NCBI GenBank assembly: GCA_023657425.1
Contig: JAGTJW010000002.1
Span: forward strand, 50,431-114,430
From: Ideonella sp. WA131b
GTDB taxonomy: Bacteria > Pseudomonadota > Gammaproteobacteria > Burkholderiales > Burkholderiaceae_C
Direction: 5' to 3'
Length of the DNA: 64,000 bases
The translations under genes and the position numbers were made by a program. The stretch's first letter is position 1. The number at the start of each line of letters is the position of its first letter. Of the stretch, positions 1 through 13,245 are shown piece after piece. A model generated the notes under the pieces. It was not told the origin of the DNA. It made no database searches and saw only the letters and a program-made list of their open reading frames with translations.

Positions 1-2
1 AC

Positions 3-2219
3 GACACCCCGATGGATGTCCTGCATCACCGGTGGCGCGTCCCGGCGTCGCGTGTCATGCGCACCAAGGGTCTGGCAACGACGCTGGAGCCCGAGCGCTC
101 GGTCGAGGGCGCCGTGCAGGTGCTGCGGATGGTGCGCCAGCAGGTGCCGGCCCTGGTGGCCGAGCAGGGCGTGCCGCCATGGGTGAAGGTCTTTCCCGCG
201 ATCGACATCAGCGAGTGGAGTTCCTGGGCCGAGGTCGACGCCTGGGCTCAGCGCTTGTTCGCCCCGGCGCAGCCGGTCCCGGCGGCCGTGGTCGAACGCG
301 CGCAGGCCTTCCGCGCCAGCGGCCTGGCGGGTGCTGCGCTGGTGTCCGAGGTGTTGCGTTTCGTTCAGGATGAGATCCGCTACCTCAGCGTGAGCCTGGG
401 TGAGAGTTCACACCGCCCCAAGCCACCCGAGCGAACGCTGGCCGAGCGCTTGGGCGACTGCAAGGACAAGGTCATGCTGCTGAACGCGCTGCTGCGCGAG
501 CTGGGTTTCGATCCGCGGCCGGCGCTGGTGTCCATGCAGCGCAACAAGGGCATTCGCGACTACCTGCCCAGCCACGACGTCTTCGACCACGTGATCACGC
601 GGCTCGAGCTGGATGGCCGCACCTGGTGGCTGGACGCCACCCTGCAGGGCCAGGGCCTCGAGCTGGCCAGCCGCGGACAATGGAGCTATGGAGCCGCGCT
701 CGTGGTCGGCGACGGGGCGGCGCTGGTGGACGTGCCGCGCCCGGGTGCCGCAGGCAGCCGCCTGCAGTTCGAGCAGCGCTGGGATCTGTCGACCCCCGGC
801 GCGCCGGTACGCATGCAGTTCGAGATGCGTGCCCACGGCCTGTTGGCCGAGCGCTGGCGGGCCGGTCAGTCGCAGGGCGGGCGCGAGGCGCTGGCGCGCG
901 ACCTGGCCGCCGCGTATGCCCGCGTGCTGCCGGCGCTGCGCGCGCAGGGTGAAGCGGTCGTCGAGGACGACCGCCACAACAACGTCTTCGTGTTCCGACA
1001 GCTCTTCGAGTTGCCCGAGTTGGGCCAGTACGCCCGCGGGGCCATTGACGCCGAGTTCGGTGCGCTCGAGCTGCTGGACACGCTCGTCGGGCCGCCGGAG
1101 ACCACGCGCCAGTGGCCGGTGCTGGTGGACACGCCGCGCGTGGTCGACAGCCGCATCGTCGTCACCGGACCTCTGCCGTTCCCGGCCCAGGCGCCCGAGG
1201 CCCTCGAGGTCGTCGATCGCCAGTTCCGCTTCACGGCCCGGCTGGAGTACGGCGGCCCGACGGCCACCTTCGTGCGGCGTTACGAGCAGCGCGACGACCA
1301 GGTGCCGCCAGCCGAGCTGGCCGCGTGGCGCGACAAGGTGCTCAAGGCGCGCAACGCGAGCTTCGGCCGCCTGCGCCTGCCGCTGGTGGACATGAAGGTG
1401 ACCCGGCCGCTGCTTGAGGCCACCGAGCGGCGTGTCCGGTCGTCACGCGACTGGCGCGACGACCAGCTCGGCACGATCCAGTTGCGCCAGGAGTTCTCGC
1501 GGCTGTTCGACACCCAAGCGCTGGCGCGCGTGGCACCGGGCAGCGTGCTCGCGGCCCGCGTGCTGGCCGACCGCGCATCGACGCTCAATCTTCTGGGCCT
1601 GCATGAGGCCGCCGCCGCCGACGCTGGAGCCGCGCTGCAGGTGCTGCCGGAAGACCCCGAGGCGCTCGACGCGATGGCCGTTGCGCTGCTGGGCCAGGGC
1701 CGCGCCGAGCAGGCGCTGGCCACCTTTGCGCGCATCACGCCGGCAGCGCGCCCCGCCACGGTCGCGGGCTGGATGGGGTCGCTGCACTTCCTGCTCGGCC
1801 GGGCCGAAGCGGCCGAGCCGCTGCTGCGCGAAGCCGTGGCGGGCGGCAGTGGCGAGGGGCGGGAGTTCTCGATGATCTGGCTGTACCTGGCTGCTGAGCG
1901 CGCCGGCGGGCGCGGCCGCGCGGTGGTCGATGAGCATGTGGACGGCACCGACCCCGCCAAGATCACGGGCGCGCTGCTGCGCTACCTGGTCGGCCGCATC
2001 GACCGCGATACCCTGTTGCGCCAGGCCGGCGAGAACAAGGCCCTGGCCCGCCTGAACCTGGCGGAGGCTCACTTCTACATCGGCCAGCGGCTGCTGCTTC
2101 AGGGCCAGCGCGAGGAAGCGCTGCGCGCCTTCCAGCGCGTGGTCGACACCCAGGCCACGCCGTACCGCGAGTGGGCCTTCGCGCAGCTGGAACTGCGGCG
2201 CGCCGGGGCCGCGCGCTGA
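3..2219 (+). CDS. DUF3857/transglutaminase-like domain protein with C-terminal TPR (NlpI-like) region; 5' end probably outside window
   Basis: GDCKDK, FDHVI and LDAT transglutaminase-like triad motifs; helical TPR-like C-terminus (AHFYIGQRLLLQG); frame is open to the window edge. Confidence 0.75.
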   Translation, partial: DTPMDVLHHRWRVPASRVMRTKGLATTLEPERSVEGAVQVLRMVRQQVPALVAEQGVPPWVKVFPAIDISEWSSWAEVDAWAQRLFAPAQPVPAAVVERAQAFRASGLAGAALVSEVLRFVQDEIRYLSVSLGESSHRPKPPERTLAERLGDCKDKVMLLNALLRELGFDPRPALVSMQRNKGIRDYLPSHDVFDHVITRLELDGRTWWLDATLQGQGLELASRGQWSYGAALVVGDGAALVDVPRPGAAGSRLQFEQRWDLSTPGAPVRMQFEMRAHGLLAERWRAGQSQGGREALARDLAAAYARVLPALRAQGEAVVEDDRHNNVFVFRQLFELPELGQYARGAIDAEFGALELLDTLVGPPETTRQWPVLVDTPRVVDSRIVVTGPLPFPAQAPEALEVVDRQFRFTARLEYGGPTATFVRRYEQRDDQVPPAELAAWRDKVLKARNASFGRLRLPLVDMKVTRPLLEATERRVRSSRDWRDDQLGTIQLRQEFSRLFDTQALARVAPGSVLAARVLADRASTLNLLGLHEAAAADAGAALQVLPEDPEALDAMAVALLGQGRAEQALATFARITPAARPATVAGWMGSLHFLLGRAEAAEPLLREAVAGGSGEGREFSMIWLYLAAERAGGRGRAVVDEHVDGTDPAKITGALLRYLVGRIDRDTLLRQAGENKALARLNLAEAHFYIGQRLLLQGQREEALRAFQRVVDTQATPYREWAFAQLELRRAGAAR

Positions 2220-2262
2220 GGAGATCGCGGCGGCGCCGGAGCCTGCCCCTCAGGGCCAGGCA

Positions 2263-2649
2263 TCACGCACCAACCACCGCATGCTTGCGCAGCCACTCGA
2301 TGAGCACGAAGTCCAGCGCCCGGGCGTGCGTGCTCTCCAGCACCACCGGCGGCGCGCAACCGGCCTCGTAGGCCTCGCGCCAGCGCAGCGCGCACACGCA
2401 CCAGCGGTCACCCGGCTTCAGACCCGGGAAGCGGTGCTCGGGCCGCGGCGTGATGAGGTCGTTGCCACGCTCCATCTGGAAGTTCAGGAAGCCCACCGTC
2501 ACCTTGGCGCAGATCACGTGGCTGCCGTGATCTTGCGCGTCGGTGTGGCAGCAGCCGTCACGGTACCAGCCGGTCAGCGGGTCGTAGCCGCAGGGCAGCA
2601 GCGCGGTGCCCAGCACATTGAGGGCCCGGTCGCGTCGGGTCTCGGCCAT
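2263..2649 (-). CDS. DUF2237 family protein
   Basis: NVLG..L.PC, TGWYRDGCC, GNDLITPRPE, GLKPGDRWCVCA motifs. Confidence 0.9.
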   Translation of the reverse strand: MAETRRDRALNVLGTALLPCGYDPLTGWYRDGCCHTDAQDHGSHVICAKVTVGFLNFQMERGNDLITPRPEHRFPGLKPGDRWCVCALRWREAYEAGCAPPVVLESTHARALDFVLIEWLRKHAVVGA

Positions 2650-2652
2650 GGC

Positions 2653-3573
2653 TCACTTGCCGGGGGCCGACCCGCCCTTGCCCAACAGCGACATCGCCGT
2701 CCCGATCAGCGCCGACACCTCGGTCATGTTGCCCGGCACGATCATCGTGTTGTTGGTGCGCGCGAGGTTGGCATAGGCATCCACCGCCTTCTCGGCCACC
2801 TTCAGCTGCACCGCCTGCTCACCGCCGGGCTCCTGGATGGCAGCGGCGATCTTGCGAATGGCCTCGGCCGTGGCCTCGGCCACCGCGCTGATCGCCGCGG
2901 CCTCGCCTTGGGCGTTGTTGATCTCGGCCTGCTTCTCGCCCTCGGAGCGGGCGATGAAGGCCTCGCGCTCGCCGGTGGCGATGTTGATCTGCTCCTGGCG
3001 ACGGCCCTCGGAGGCCGCGATCAGCGCGCGTTTCTCGCGCTCGGCCGTGATCTGCGCCTGCATCGAACGCAGGATCTCGGCCGGCGGGGTGAGGTCCTTG
3101 ATCTCGTAGCGCAGCACCTTCACGCCCCAGTTCATGGCCGCCTCGTCGAGCGAGCTCACGACACTGGCGTTGATGAGGTCGCGCTCCTCGAAGGTCTTGT
3201 CGAGCTCCATCTTGCCGATCACGCTGCGCAGCGTCGTCTGCGCCAACTGCGAGATGGCCACCAGATAGTCGCTGCTGCCATAGCTGGCGCGCATCGGGTC
3301 CGTCACCTGGAAATACAGGATGCCGTCGACCTGCAGCTGCGTGTTGTCGCGCGTGATGCACACCTGGCTGGGCACGTCCAGAGGCACCTCCTTGAGCGAA
3401 TGCTTGTAGGCCACGCGCTCGACGAAGGGGATGACGAACTTCAGGCCCGGTGTCAGCGTGCGGTCGTACTTGCCCAGCCGCTCGACGACCCAGGCGTTCT
3501 GCTGCGGCACGATCTTGAAGGTGCGGACGATGAAGATCACCGCGATGACGGCGACGATGAGTGCGATTTCCAT
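2653..3573 (-). CDS. SPFH/band 7 (paraslipin/QmcA-like) membrane protein
   Basis: N-terminal TM, VERLGKY, AQTTLRSVIG, WGVKVLRYEIKD, QITAEREKRA. Confidence 0.92.
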   Translation of the reverse strand: MEIALIVAVIAVIFIVRTFKIVPQQNAWVVERLGKYDRTLTPGLKFVIPFVERVAYKHSLKEVPLDVPSQVCITRDNTQLQVDGILYFQVTDPMRASYGSSDYLVAISQLAQTTLRSVIGKMELDKTFEERDLINASVVSSLDEAAMNWGVKVLRYEIKDLTPPAEILRSMQAQITAEREKRALIAASEGRRQEQINIATGEREAFIARSEGEKQAEINNAQGEAAAISAVAEATAEAIRKIAAAIQEPGGEQAVQLKVAEKAVDAYANLARTNNTMIVPGNMTEVSALIGTAMSLLGKGGSAPGK

Positions 3574-3603
3574 GGTTCGGGCCTGAAGAAGGTGGAGGAG
3601 GGG

Positions 3604-4044
3604 TCAGCGTGCCGGCGCCGGCTGCACGAGCAACTCGCTGCCGTGCACGGCGACGATCACGTGTTCTCCGGCGGCCGGTGTGCCGCTGCCGCCGAAACGC
3701 ACCGACCACATCGCGCCCCGGTAGCTGACGCGCGCCGAGCCGTCGGCCTGCCACGCGGGCACCTGCAGCCGCTGGCCGATATCGAGGTTGACGTCGCGGT
3801 TGGCCTCGGCCGGCGCGCTGCGCGGTGCACGGGCACGCCGCAGGTGCCACACCGCCGTGGCGCCCGACGACAGCGCCGCGGCAATGGCCACCTGCGCCGC
3901 GCCCGGCAGGCCGGCATGGGCGGCCAGCGCGCCGGCTGCGGCACCCAACGCCACCATCAAGAGGTAGAAGGTGCCGGTGGCCAGCTCGGCGGCCACGAGG
4001 GCGCCGGCCAGCAGCCACCAGAGGGTCGGGCTCGACAAGTCCAT
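3604..4044 (-). CDS. NfeD family protein (YbbJ-like)
   Basis: Hydrophobic N-terminus (WWLLAGALVAAEL..GTFYLL), OB-fold C-terminus (YRGAMW); directly upstream of the SPFH gene. Confidence 0.88.
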   Translation of the reverse strand: MDLSSPTLWWLLAGALVAAELATGTFYLLMVALGAAAGALAAHAGLPGAAQVAIAAALSSGATAVWHLRRARAPRSAPAEANRDVNLDIGQRLQVPAWQADGSARVSYRGAMWSVRFGGSGTPAAGEHVIVAVHGSELLVQPAPAR

Positions 4045-4170
4045 AGGTCAGAACTCTCCTGGAGAAGCAGTGTAGGCGTGGTGTCACGGAGGCGGCGCCC
4101 TCGGCCCCTACACTGCGCGGCCTTGCCGCGGTCTTGCGGCCGCGCCTTCACACGAGAACCTGCCGCCGCC

Positions 4171-6429
4171 ATGCTGCGATTTCGATTCCCCATTGTGATC
4201 ATCGACGAAGACTACCGGTCCGAGAACACCTCTGGACTCGGTATCCGCGCGCTGGCCGAGGCCATTCAGAAGGAGGGCTTCGAGGTGCTGGGCGCCACCA
4301 GCTACGGCGACCTGAGTCAGTTCGCGCAGCAGCAAAGCCGCGCCAGCGCCTTCATCCTGAGCATCGACGACAACGAGTTCACGCCGGGCCCCGAGCTCGA
4401 CCCGGCGGTGCTGAACCTGCGCAAGTTCATCGAGGAGATCCGCTGGAAGAACGCCGACATCCCGATCTACGTCTACGGCGAGACGCGCACCAGCCAGCAC
4501 CTGCCCAACGATGTGCTGCGTGAGCTGCACGGCTTCATCCACATGTTCGAGGACACGCCGGAGTTCGTGGCCCGGCACATCATCCGCGAGGCCAAGAGCT
4601 ACCTCGACGGTCTGGCGCCGCCGTTCTTCAAGGCGCTGATGGACTACGCCCAAGACGGCTCCTACAGCTGGCACTGCCCGGGCCACAGCGGCGGCGTGGC
4701 CTTCCTGAAGAGCCCGGTGGGCCAGATGTTCCACCAGTTCTTTGGCGAGAACATGCTGCGCGCCGATGTCTGCAACGCGGTGGAGGAACTGGGCCAGCTG
4801 CTCGACCACACCGGCCCGGTGGCGGCGTCTGAGCGCAACGCGGCGCGCATCTTCAACGCCGACCACTGCTTTTTCGTCACCAACGGCACCAGCACCAGCA
4901 ACAAGATGGTGTGGCACCACTGCGTGGCGCCGGGCGACGTGGTGGTGGTGGACCGCAACTGCCACAAGAGCATCCTCCACAGCATCATCATGACGGGCGC
5001 CGTGCCGGTGTTCCTGACGCCCACGCGCAACCACTACGGGATCATCGGCCCCATCCCCAAGAGCGAGTTCAGCCCCGAGACCATCCGCGCCAAGATCGCC
5101 GCGCACCCGCTGCTGCAGGACCGCGACCCGGCCACGGTGCAGCCCAAGATCGTCACGCTCACGCAGAGCACCTACGACGGCGTGCTCTACAACACCGAAG
5201 ACATCAAGCACAGCCTCGACGGCTTCGTGGACACGCTGCACTTCGACGAGGCCTGGCTGCCGCACGCGGCCTTCCACCCGTTCTACGGCAGCTTCCACGC
5301 CATGGGCAAGAAGCGCGCGCGGCCGAAGAAGGCGGTGGTGTACGCCACGCAGAGCACGCACAAACTGCTGGCCGGCCTGAGCCAGGCCAGCCAGGTGCTG
5401 GTGCAGGACTCGCAGGAGGTCAAGCTCGACCGCCACCTCTTCAACGAGGCTTACCTGATGCACACCAGCACCAGCCCGCAGTACGCCATCATCGCCAGCT
5501 GCGATGTGGCCGCGGCGATGATGGAGCCGCCCGGCGGCACCGCGCTGGTGGAGGAGAGCATCGCCGAGGCGCTGGATTTCCGGCGCGCCATGCGCAAGGT
5601 CGACGCCGAGTTCGGCAAGGACTGGTGGTTCCAGGTCTGGGGCCCGGAGCAGCTGGCCGAGGAGGGCATCGGCCGCAGCGCCGACTGGATGCTGCACGCC
5701 GACGAGGACTGGCACGGCTTCGGCCCGCTGGCCGAGGGCTTCAACCTGCTGGATCCCATCAAGAGCACCGTGATCACGCCGGGCCTGGGCGTGGACGGGC
5801 GCTTCGCCGCCACCGGCATCCCGGCGTCCATCGTCACCAAGTTTCTGGCCGAGCACGGGGTGGTGGTCGAGAAGACGGGGCTGTACTCGTTTTTCATCAT
5901 GTTCACCATCGGCATCACCAAGGGCCGCTGGAACACGCTGGTGACGGCGCTGCAGCAGTTCAAGGACGACTACGACCGCAACGCGCCGCTGTGGCGCATC
6001 CTGCCGGAGTTCTGTGCCGCCCACCCGCGCTACGAGCGCATGGGCCTGCGCGACCTCTGCCAGGCCATCCACGAGGCCTACGCGCAGGGCGACATCGCGC
6101 GCCTCACGACCGAGGTCTACCTGTCCGACCTGCAGCCCGCGATGACGCCCTCGGAGGCTTACGCGCACATTGCGCACCGGCGCACCGAGCGCGTGGCCAT
6201 CGATGATCTGGAGGGCCGCGTCACCACCGCGCTGCTGACGCCCTATCCGCCGGGCATTCCGCTGCTGGTGCCGGGCGAGCGCTTCAACCGGCGCATCGTC
6301 GACTACCTGCGCTTCACGCGGCAGTTCAACGCGCAGTTCCCGGGCTTCGCAACCGACGTGCACGGCCTGGTGGCCGAAGAGGGCGCGGGCGGCGAGCGGC
6401 GCTACTACGTCGATTGCGTGCGCGGCTGA
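4171..6429 (+). CDS. PLP-dependent arginine/lysine/ornithine decarboxylase (752 aa)
   Basis: Start MLRFRFPIVIID; WHCPGHSGG, FVTNGTSTSNK, HFDEAW, TQSTHKLL (PLP lysine), PYPPGIP. Confidence 0.95.
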   Translation: MLRFRFPIVIIDEDYRSENTSGLGIRALAEAIQKEGFEVLGATSYGDLSQFAQQQSRASAFILSIDDNEFTPGPELDPAVLNLRKFIEEIRWKNADIPIYVYGETRTSQHLPNDVLRELHGFIHMFEDTPEFVARHIIREAKSYLDGLAPPFFKALMDYAQDGSYSWHCPGHSGGVAFLKSPVGQMFHQFFGENMLRADVCNAVEELGQLLDHTGPVAASERNAARIFNADHCFFVTNGTSTSNKMVWHHCVAPGDVVVVDRNCHKSILHSIIMTGAVPVFLTPTRNHYGIIGPIPKSEFSPETIRAKIAAHPLLQDRDPATVQPKIVTLTQSTYDGVLYNTEDIKHSLDGFVDTLHFDEAWLPHAAFHPFYGSFHAMGKKRARPKKAVVYATQSTHKLLAGLSQASQVLVQDSQEVKLDRHLFNEAYLMHTSTSPQYAIIASCDVAAAMMEPPGGTALVEESIAEALDFRRAMRKVDAEFGKDWWFQVWGPEQLAEEGIGRSADWMLHADEDWHGFGPLAEGFNLLDPIKSTVITPGLGVDGRFAATGIPASIVTKFLAEHGVVVEKTGLYSFFIMFTIGITKGRWNTLVTALQQFKDDYDRNAPLWRILPEFCAAHPRYERMGLRDLCQAIHEAYAQGDIARLTTEVYLSDLQPAMTPSEAYAHIAHRRTERVAIDDLEGRVTTALLTPYPPGIPLLVPGERFNRRIVDYLRFTRQFNAQFPGFATDVHGLVAEEGAGGERRYYVDCVRG

Positions 6430-6457
6430 GGCCGCGTCGCAGGGCCTGGGGCCCTCG

Positions 6458-7249
6458 TCAGCCGACGGCCTCGGGCGGCAGGCCCATCACCTTGGCGAAA
6501 CCGCCGTCGACGTAGGTGATCTCGGCGGTGATGCCACTGGCCAGGTCCGACAGCAGGAAGGCGGCGGCCTTGCCGACGTCGTCGATCGTCACATTCCGGC
6601 CCAGCGGTGCCTGCGCGCCCACCACCTCGAGCATCTTGCCGAAGCCCTTGATGCCGCTGGCCGCCAGCGTCTTGATGGGACCAGCGCTGATGGCATTGGC
6701 GCGGATGCCCCGCGGGCCCAGGCTGGCCGCCAGGTAGCGCACGCTGGCCTCGAGGCTGGCCTTGGCCAGACCCATGGTGTTGTACGCCGGCACGGCACGC
6801 TCCGCGCCCAGATAGCTGAGCGTGAGCACGGCGCCGCCCTGGCGAAGCATCGGCAGCGCCGCCTTGGCCATGGCCGGAAAGCTGTAGGCCGAGATGTCGT
6901 GCGCGATGCGAAAGCCCTCGCGGCTCAGGCCCTCGAGAAAGTCGCCCGCGATGGCTTCGCGAGGGGCATAGCCGATGGAGTGCACGAAGCCGTCGAACTG
7001 CGGCCAGTGCGTGGCCAGGTCGGCAAACATCCGTGCGATCTGGGCGTCGTCGGCGACATCGCAGTCAAAAACGAGCGCGCTGTCGAACTCGCGAGCGAAA
7101 TCGGTGATGCGCTCCTTGAAGCGCTCGCCCACGTAGCTGAAGGCCAGCTCGGCGCCCTGCGCCCGGCAGGCGCGTGCGATGCCGTAGGCGATGGAGCGGT
7201 TGGACAGCACGCCCGTGATCAGAAAGCGCTTGCCGGCGAGTATGCCCAT
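6458..7249 (-). CDS. fabI: enoyl-ACP reductase FabI
   Basis: [25 protein letters not shown]; [12 protein letters not shown]; [12 protein letters not shown]. Confidence 0.96.
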   Translation of the reverse strand: MGILAGKRFLITGVLSNRSIAYGIARACRAQGAELAFSYVGERFKERITDFAREFDSALVFDCDVADDAQIARMFADLATHWPQFDGFVHSIGYAPREAIAGDFLEGLSREGFRIAHDISAYSFPAMAKAALPMLRQGGAVLTLSYLGAERAVPAYNTMGLAKASLEASVRYLAASLGPRGIRANAISAGPIKTLAASGIKGFGKMLEVVGAQAPLGRNVTIDDVGKAAAFLLSDLASGITAEITYVDGGFAKVMGLPPEAVG

Positions 7250-7342
7250 GGAGTCTCCGTCTTCGCGTTGCAGGGGCGGGCCGGGTGGCCGCCCCGTGGG
7301 GCGCGGATTCTGGCATGCAGGGCGCATGCCAGGCCCCGGCCG

Positions 7343-7371
7343 TTGCCTGGGGCCTTGTTCACGGCTATACT
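7343..7371 (+). promoter_or_regulatory. sigma70-type promoter for the rimP-nusA-infB operon
   Basis: TTGCCT-N17-TATACT, facing rimP. Confidence 0.65.
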
Positions 7372-7425
7372 CCGGCCTTTCCGGGTGTTTGTGCGCAAAC
7401 ATCGGTGCGAAAGCACAGGCTGCGT

Positions 7426-7456
7426 GGGCGGGGAACTTTCCAGCCCATTTTTTTTG
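7426..7456 (+). terminator. rimP leader hairpin with poly-U (attenuator-like)
   Basis: TGGGC-ggggaactttcca-GCCCA followed by a long T run, between the promoter and rimP. Confidence 0.6.
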
Positions 7457-7521
7457 CTCGATCGGCACCGGGGTTCCGGCACGGCGCGTCAGCGTGTGCA
7501 GCGGGGCCCGGGTGAGGGATC

Positions 7522-8364
7522 TTGGCGGCGCGCCCGGCGGATGGCGCAGCGCCGACATGCTGCGGGAGCAGCGGATCGGGATCCTCGGGTTTGAAGGCAG
7601 GCGGAACTCCTCGCAAGGCGCGAACCGGTACGGGCAAGTCCCCGACGCCCCGGCGCAGCGGCATCGCCCCTGGTGGCGGCCGGCGTGGTGGGCCTCTGGG
7701 CGCACGGCCGGGCGCATCGCCGGCCGGGCTGCCGGGGCTGCGTGCCGAGACAACCGCCGATGCGCCGCCGCGCCAGGGCTGGCAGACGGCCATCGCCACC
7801 ACCGTGCAGGGTCTGGGCTATGACCTCGTCGATGTCGAGCGCGCCGGGCGCGGTCTGCTGCGCGTGACCATCGACCGCCTCCCCGGCCGCCTCTACGGCC
7901 CCCCGGGGGCGCCCGACACCGGCACGTTCATCACCGTCGATGACTGCGAGGCCGTGACGCGGCAGCTGCAGTACGTGCTCGAGGTCGAAGGCCTCGAGTA
8001 CGCCCGGCTGGAGGTGTCGTCGCCGGGCCTGGACCGCCCGCTGCGCCACGAGGCCGACTACCGACGCTTTGCCGGACTGGCGGCGAAGATCACGCTGCGC
8101 GACCCCTTCGAGGGGCGCAAGCATTGGGAAGGCGTCCTGGGCCTGGGCGAGGCCGATGGCGCATTCACACTGACGCTCAAGCAGGGCACGGCGGAGCGGC
8201 AGCTCGGCTTCGTGCTCGCCGAGGTGCGCGAGGCGCGCCTGGTGCCGGTGGTTGACTTCAAGGGCCGCAAGGCCCGCCCGCCGGCCGACCTGGATTCCGA
8301 ACCCACGAACGAGAGCGCCGCCGGGCCCGCCCTGGCCACCGCGCCCGCGACGACGAAAGGCTGA
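7522..8364 (+). CDS. rimP: ribosome maturation factor RimP (start uncertain; conserved core begins ~7780)
   Basis: [37 protein letters not shown]; TTG at 7522 preceded by GAGGGA. Confidence 0.85.
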   Translation: MAARPADGAAPTCCGSSGSGSSGLKAGGTPRKARTGTGKSPTPRRSGIAPGGGRRGGPLGARPGASPAGLPGLRAETTADAPPRQGWQTAIATTVQGLGYDLVDVERAGRGLLRVTIDRLPGRLYGPPGAPDTGTFITVDDCEAVTRQLQYVLEVEGLEYARLEVSSPGLDRPLRHEADYRRFAGLAAKITLRDPFEGRKHWEGVLGLGEADGAFTLTLKQGTAERQLGFVLAEVREARLVPVVDFKGRKARPPADLDSEPTNESAAGPALATAPATTKG

Positions 8365-8371
8365 AGGACCG

Positions 8372-9862
8372 ATGAACCGCGAATTGCTGATGCTGGTGGA
8401 CGCGATCTCTCGCGAGAAGACTGTGGACCGCGACGTCGTCTTCGGCGCGGTGGAGGCCGCGCTGGCTTCCGCCACCAAGAAGCTGCACGGCGGCGAGGTC
8501 GACATCCGCGTGGCGGTAGACCGTGACACGGGCGACTACGAGACCTTCCGCCGTTGGCTCGTCGTGCCCGACTCTGCCGGCCTGCAGAACCCGGATGCCG
8601 AGGAATTGCTGTCCGAGGCGCTCGACCGCATCCCCGATATCGAAGAGGGCGACTACATCGAGGAGGCCGTCGATTCGGTGCCCATCGGCCGCATTGGCGC
8701 GCAGGCGGCCAAGCAGGTGATCCTGCAGAAGATCCGCGATGCCGAGCGCGAGCAGCTGATGTCCGACTACCTCAGCCGCGGCGAGAAGATCATGGTCGGC
8801 GCGGTCAAGCGGCTGGACAAGGGCGATCTCATCGTCGAAAGCGGCCGCGTCGAGGGCCGCCTGAAGCGCAGCGAAATGATCCCGAAGGAGAACCTGCGCT
8901 CGGGCGATCGCGTCCGCGCCGTGATCCTGGGCGTCGATCCCACTCAGCGCGGCCCGCAGATCATGCTCTCGCGCTCGAGCCCGGAGCTGATGAAGGAGCT
9001 GTTCGCGCAGGAGGTGCCCGAAATCGAGCAGGGCCTGCTCGAGATCAAGAGCTGCGCGCGCGACCCCGGCAGCCGGGCCAAGATCGCCGTGGTCAGCCAC
9101 GACCGCCGCGTCGACCCCATCGGCACCTGCGTGGGTGTGCGTGGCTCGCGCGTCAACGCCGTCACCAACGAGCTGGCCGGCGAGCGCGTGGATATCGTGC
9201 TGTGGTCCGACGACCCCGCGCAGTTCGTCATCGGCGCCTTGGCCCCGGCCAACGTGGTGAGCATCGTCGTCGACGAGGAGCGCCATGCGATGGACGTGGT
9301 GGTCGACGAAGAGAACCTGGCCATCGCCATCGGCCGCGGCGGCCAGAACGTGCGCCTGGCGTCCGACCTGACCGGCTGGCGCATCAACATCATGACGGCC
9401 GAGGAGTCGCAGGCCAAGCAGGCCGAGGAGTCCGGCTCGGTGCGCAAGCTCTTCGTCGAGAAACTCGACGTCGACGAGGAGGTGGCCGACATCCTCATCG
9501 AGGAAGGCTTCAGCAGCCTCGAAGAGGTGGCCTACGTGCCACTGCAGGAGATGCTCGAGATCGAGGCCTTCGACGAGGACACGGTGCACGAGCTGCGCAA
9601 GCGCGCCAAGGATGCGCTGCTGACGATGGAGATCGCGCGCGAGGAGCAGGTCGAGGAGGTCTCGCAAGACCTGCGCGACCTTGAACTCGACGGCAAGGGC
9701 CTGACGCCCGAACTCATCGCCAAGCTGGCCGAGGGCGGCATCCACACGCGCGACGACCTGGCCGACCTGGCCGTCGACGAACTGACCGACATGACCGGCA
9801 TCGGCGGGGAGCCTGCCAAGTCACTGATCATGAAGGCGCGCGAGCATTGGTTCAACGCCTGA
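8372..9862 (+). CDS. nusA: transcription termination/antitermination factor NusA
   Basis: [52 protein letters not shown]. Confidence 0.97.
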   Translation: MNRELLMLVDAISREKTVDRDVVFGAVEAALASATKKLHGGEVDIRVAVDRDTGDYETFRRWLVVPDSAGLQNPDAEELLSEALDRIPDIEEGDYIEEAVDSVPIGRIGAQAAKQVILQKIRDAEREQLMSDYLSRGEKIMVGAVKRLDKGDLIVESGRVEGRLKRSEMIPKENLRSGDRVRAVILGVDPTQRGPQIMLSRSSPELMKELFAQEVPEIEQGLLEIKSCARDPGSRAKIAVVSHDRRVDPIGTCVGVRGSRVNAVTNELAGERVDIVLWSDDPAQFVIGALAPANVVSIVVDEERHAMDVVVDEENLAIAIGRGGQNVRLASDLTGWRINIMTAEESQAKQAEESGSVRKLFVEKLDVDEEVADILIEEGFSSLEEVAYVPLQEMLEIEAFDEDTVHELRKRAKDALLTMEIAREEQVEEVSQDLRDLELDGKGLTPELIAKLAEGGIHTRDDLADLAVDELTDMTGIGGEPAKSLIMKAREHWFNA

Positions 9863-9931
9863 GCGCACGTCGCTGCGCCCCGCTGAACCGCCCCCCGCCT
9901 GCCGCAAGCCATACCCGAGGAAAACCCACCC

Positions 9932-12805
<2,874 letters not shown>

Positions 12806-12833
12806 GGCGGGCGCCGACGCTGCGATCCAGCAG

Positions 12834-12860
12834 TCAGCCCCGCCCGCGAGGCGGGGCTGA
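12834..12860 (+). other. perfect 11-bp hairpin between infB and rbfA
   Basis: TCAGCCCCGCC-cgcga-GGCGGGGCTGA; no clear poly-U, so processing or pausing is as likely as termination. Confidence 0.5.
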
Positions 12861-12878
12861 TTCATTTGGAGCACCACG

Positions 12879-13244
12879 ATGCGACACAAGAAGGCCACCC
12901 CCAACCGCAGCTTCCGCGTCGCCGACCAGATCCAGCGCGACGTGGCCGGGCTCATCCGCGAGCTGAAGGATCCGCGCATCGGCCTGGTCACGATCAACAG
13001 CGTCGAGGTCTCGCCCGACTACGCCCACGCCAAGGTGTTCTTTTCGGTGCTGATCAGCGATGCAGCCGAGTGCGAGAAGGCGCTGAACGAGGCTGCCGGC
13101 TTCCTGCGCAACGGCCTGTTCAAGCGGCTGCAGATCCACACCGTGCCGACGTTGCATTTCCAGTTCGACAAGACCACCGAACGCGCGGCGGATCTCTCGG
13201 CGCTGATCGCGCGCGCCAATGCCATACGCGCAAAGGACGACTGA
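12879..13244 (+). CDS. rbfA: ribosome-binding factor A
   Basis: [40 protein letters not shown]. Confidence 0.96.
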   Translation: MRHKKATPNRSFRVADQIQRDVAGLIRELKDPRIGLVTINSVEVSPDYAHAKVFFSVLISDAAECEKALNEAAGFLRNGLFKRLQIHTVPTLHFQFDKTTERAADLSALIARANAIRAKDD

Positions 13245-13245
13245 G

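Noticed and set aside
2281-4170. 5' extension making the decarboxylase ORF 1382 aa
   Set aside because: It is the antisense shadow of the DUF2237, SPFH and NfeD genes; the conserved protein starts at ATG 4171.
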